Assembly (NCBI GenBank): GCA_037310415.1
Contig: CP147780.1
Coordinates: 512,001-576,000 of the forward strand
Length of the DNA: 64,000 nucleotides
Reading direction: 5' to 3'
Source: Candidatus Atabeyarchaeum deiterrae
GTDB taxonomy: Archaea; Asgardarchaeota; Atabeyarchaeia; Atabeyarchaeales; Atabeyarchaeaceae
Shown here piece after piece: positions 61,483 to 64,000 of the stretch; position 1 is the first letter of the stretch; every line of letters starts with the position of its first letter. The notes below the pieces were generated by a model. That model did not search any database, was not told the DNA's origin, and saw only the letters and a list, made by a program, of their open reading frames with translations. The position numbers and the translations under genes were made by a program.

Positions 61483-62274
61483 CTAGCTTTTTAGCAGCAA
61501 CCCTTCTCCGCCATTGGCTTTTATTTCGTCTAATGCCACTGAGACAGCTTTGTCAATCCTTTTCTCTGCTGTTTTATAGTCCTTGGCAGTCACAGTGATC
61601 CTGTAACGTGGCGTGCCCATTAAGGCAATGTTTGTCTTTGTGTCACTTGACTTTGCTTCTTCCAACACTTTCAGAAGGGATTTCTTTATCGCTTCTATTC
61701 CATCGGATTTGAGGCATCTGAGTTCGATCAGTCGATCCACTTGTACTTTCCGTATTTGTATGTACGACTCTGCAACGGATTTTATGACCTTTGCCCAATC
61801 TTCTGGTACGCCAGCTTTTGTCAGAACTTCTTCACCTTGTTCAACGCTGTTCTCGAATCCTTGATAGATCTCGCCGAACGCATCTTCCATTTTCCAACCA
61901 GCTTCATTGTATGCTTGGTCTACAGTCTTTCCGAGTTTCTCAGCTGCCATAGAAAGCAAGTTCTCGGCTTTCTGAGCTCTCTTCCACTCATAGATCTTCT
62001 GCTTTCTTGCCTGATCAGTTGTCCTCTTGAGCGATAGATCGACGTGACCTTTTGATTGGTCGACCCTCTGAACTTTTGTGACAACTTTCTGTTTTTCTCT
62101 TACGAAGTCTCTGATGTTCTTAACCCATGTGGTCGCGAGCTCGCCTATGTGTATGTATCCTTCTTTGTCTCCATAGCCATCCAGCGTGACATATACACCG
62201 TGAGGAGCTATTTCCTTGACAGTTGCAAGTACGTATTCGCCTATTTCTGGCCATTCTTCTCTTTTTCTAACCAT
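61483..62274 (-). CDS. eif2a: Translation initiation factor aIF2 alpha
   Basis: S1 domain, WVKNIRD, GHVDLSLKR, PRYRI. Confidence 0.95.
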   Translation of the reverse strand: MVRKREEWPEIGEYVLATVKEIAPHGVYVTLDGYGDKEGYIHIGELATTWVKNIRDFVREKQKVVTKVQRVDQSKGHVDLSLKRTTDQARKQKIYEWKRAQKAENLLSMAAEKLGKTVDQAYNEAGWKMEDAFGEIYQGFENSVEQGEEVLTKAGVPEDWAKVIKSVAESYIQIRKVQVDRLIELRCLKSDGIEAIKKSLLKVLEEAKSSDTKTNIALMGTPRYRITVTAKDYKTAEKRIDKAVSVALDEIKANGGEGLLLKS

Positions 62275-62506
62275 GGTCCATCATCTGCATGTATCTTTGA
62301 GATCCTGGTTGTAGTCCTTTAACCGGCGGAACAGTAGTCTAAATTAGATGAACTCTCTTTAAACACTTTGGGAGATGTTTTTCACAGAGAGAACTGTGGT
62401 TGTCCGTATCTAAGCAACATTGCTAGTGCACGTCCTGTTGACTGCGAACGGACTTTTTATATGTGTATCACGTTCTATCTTTCTGTCAGACTGGGGGTAA
62501 GATGTC

Positions 62507-63082
62507 TTGAGCGAGCAGCCTGATCTCGAGAACCTAGCTACTTTGAAGAGTTACTTGGAGAGGCGCCTGAATAACGCTGAGACCAAGGCGACCATGTACA
62601 GAGGTTTCATACAGGCAATCGACAGCATACTAACCCAGATGAGCTTCAAGGTGGCGGCTGATCTTCTGAAGGAAGGAAAAGAGGCGACAGTTGAAAAGAC
62701 AGCCAAAGGAGTTGGAGGCATTCACAAGGCTGCATTGACTTCGCGAGTTGGGGGAACCATGCTAGGCGAGGTAACTGTCTCAGGAAACTCGATGACGATA
62801 GTTCCTGCTCAGAATGTGAACTGCCTAACTGATTCTGGCACATTCAACACATTTTTTGTGATGAAGATCCTGGATAACATGATCGAGAAAGACAAGGAGC
62901 TTGTCAAGGCTGGAAAGATTGGTGAAAGGGAGAAAATGAGCTACCAGCTCATGAAGAATGATGATGGGACACTGAAGCAGATCGTGATTTTGAACTATAG
63001 GGATGAGACTAGACTAAGTGAAATCACTAACACGATAAGATGGACACTTGAGAAAACGCTTGAGAAAATGTCGCGTGAGTAG
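62507..63082 (+). CDS. Hypothetical protein with N-terminal coiled coil
   Basis: 191-aa ORF with TATA (about 62455) and SD; ends IRWTLEK. Confidence 0.65.
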   Translation: MSEQPDLENLATLKSYLERRLNNAETKATMYRGFIQAIDSILTQMSFKVAADLLKEGKEATVEKTAKGVGGIHKAALTSRVGGTMLGEVTVSGNSMTIVPAQNVNCLTDSGTFNTFFVMKILDNMIEKDKELVKAGKIGEREKMSYQLMKNDDGTLKQIVILNYRDETRLSEITNTIRWTLEKTLEKMSRE

Positions 63083-63145
63083 GAAAAGATTGTGCACTCT
63101 CTTGTACTCTATTGAGTTTCTCGTGCTCGAGTCTCTGGCTTTGTT

Positions 63146-63424
63146 CTAGGTGACTATTTCCAGTTTCTTCAATCTTATGCCATAACGCATGAGGGTGTAC
63201 CCACATTTCTTGCACTTCAACACCAAGGTTTGTTTCTTGGTGGTCTTGGCGAATTTCTTTTGTTCTGGCTTAGGTTGAGAACCGTACCCAGCCAGCTTTC
63301 GGTTATATCTTCTTCTGCCTTGTGAGAGAACTCTCTCTCGACCCTTCTTGTAAAGACTTACTGAATGCTCAGTGTGTGTCTTGCATCTTGGGCAATGAAC
63401 TCGCATTACGCTTGGTACTCGCAT
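63146..63424 (-). CDS. rpl44e: 50S ribosomal protein L44e
   Basis: [22 protein letters not shown]. Confidence 0.95.
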   Translation of the reverse strand: MRVPSVMRVHCPRCKTHTEHSVSLYKKGRERVLSQGRRRYNRKLAGYGSQPKPEQKKFAKTTKKQTLVLKCKKCGYTLMRYGIRLKKLEIVT

Positions 63425-63486
63425 GCTAATCTTCCTCCGCCAGGTTGTGCGGTGATTCAATCTATCTCATGATGAATTCAGTTTCT

Positions 63487-63723
63487 TCAGGAGAGTACCT
63501 CTATTATCTTTGCCAGTATCTTGGATTTTCCACCTGTTAGCTGGACTAATGGTCTGCTACACACCTCGCACTTGGCTGGCGTCGAGCACGAGCCGAAAAC
63601 GATCTGTTCGTTTCCGCAGTCCAAGCATTTCACTCTCAGAAAGCGAGAGCGTGGATTCGGTATGAGTTCTTTCTCAGGCAACTGGATCTCTTCCTCCATT
63701 GCGGAAATGAGGGAGGCGTCCAT
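63487..63723 (-). CDS. rps27e: 30S ribosomal protein S27e
   Basis: [22 protein letters not shown]. Confidence 0.95.
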   Translation of the reverse strand: MDASLISAMEEEIQLPEKELIPNPRSRFLRVKCLDCGNEQIVFGSCSTPAKCEVCSRPLVQLTGGKSKILAKIIEVLS

Positions 63724-64000
63724 TTACTTTTAAGTCTTTTGCAGCGTTAGCCCATTCTTCGTAATCTACAAGACGTTTAGGTCGGCGTAAATGCGGTGAG
63801 AGTTCTCGAAATACTTTCGCTATGATTTGGCATGTATTGGTTATCGTGCTTTAAATATTGACTTTGGGAACAAATACGCAGAAGCATGAGACGGTTGTCG
63901 CTGTGAGCTGGAGGTAAGGAAAGATTTGGAACTCACTTTGGAGAAGATCATGCTGACATTGGTGGGTCTGTCTTTTGCTTCAATGATCTGCATACCCCTT

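Overview
Archaeal chromosomal segment, most likely from an Asgard archaeon. That call is an inference from a Snf7-class plus Vps2/24/46-class ESCRT-III pair, Rab-like and MglA-like small GTPases, a Roadblock protein, a Get3-like ATPase and an eIF5A with a KHGH loop, all embedded in typical archaeal information-processing clusters (SRP54-Pus10-L21e-RpoF-KsgA; Csl4-RpoL-TFS-RPA3-PCNA-GINS; PAN-MBF1-TFE; rpoH-B-A1-A2-L30e-nusA-S7, EF-1alpha-S10; S27e-L44e-aIF2alpha-Nop10). Reading the intergenic DNA by hand shows five tRNA genes, all interrupted: tRNA-Lys(UUU) with four bulge-helix-bulge (BHB) introns, a heavily disguised tRNA-Asp(GUC) with two non-canonical introns, tRNA-Val(UAC) with a variable-loop intron, tRNA-Ser(UGA), and tRNA-Arg(CCU) with C33. 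Between tRNA-Lys and tRNA-Asp (~50-55.6 kb) is an accessory island. Its one- or two-gene units are separated by four co-oriented copies of an unrecognised ~75-nt imperfect hairpin with conserved geometry and compensatory changes, resembling a cassette array, and a free-standing LAGLIDADG gene follows. Also noted: three genes apparently starting at ATT/ATA, a virus-like cluster of small ORFs at 28.9-30.3 kb, and rps12 and EF-2 missing from the str cluster. All calls come from manual motif recognition; no searches were run.
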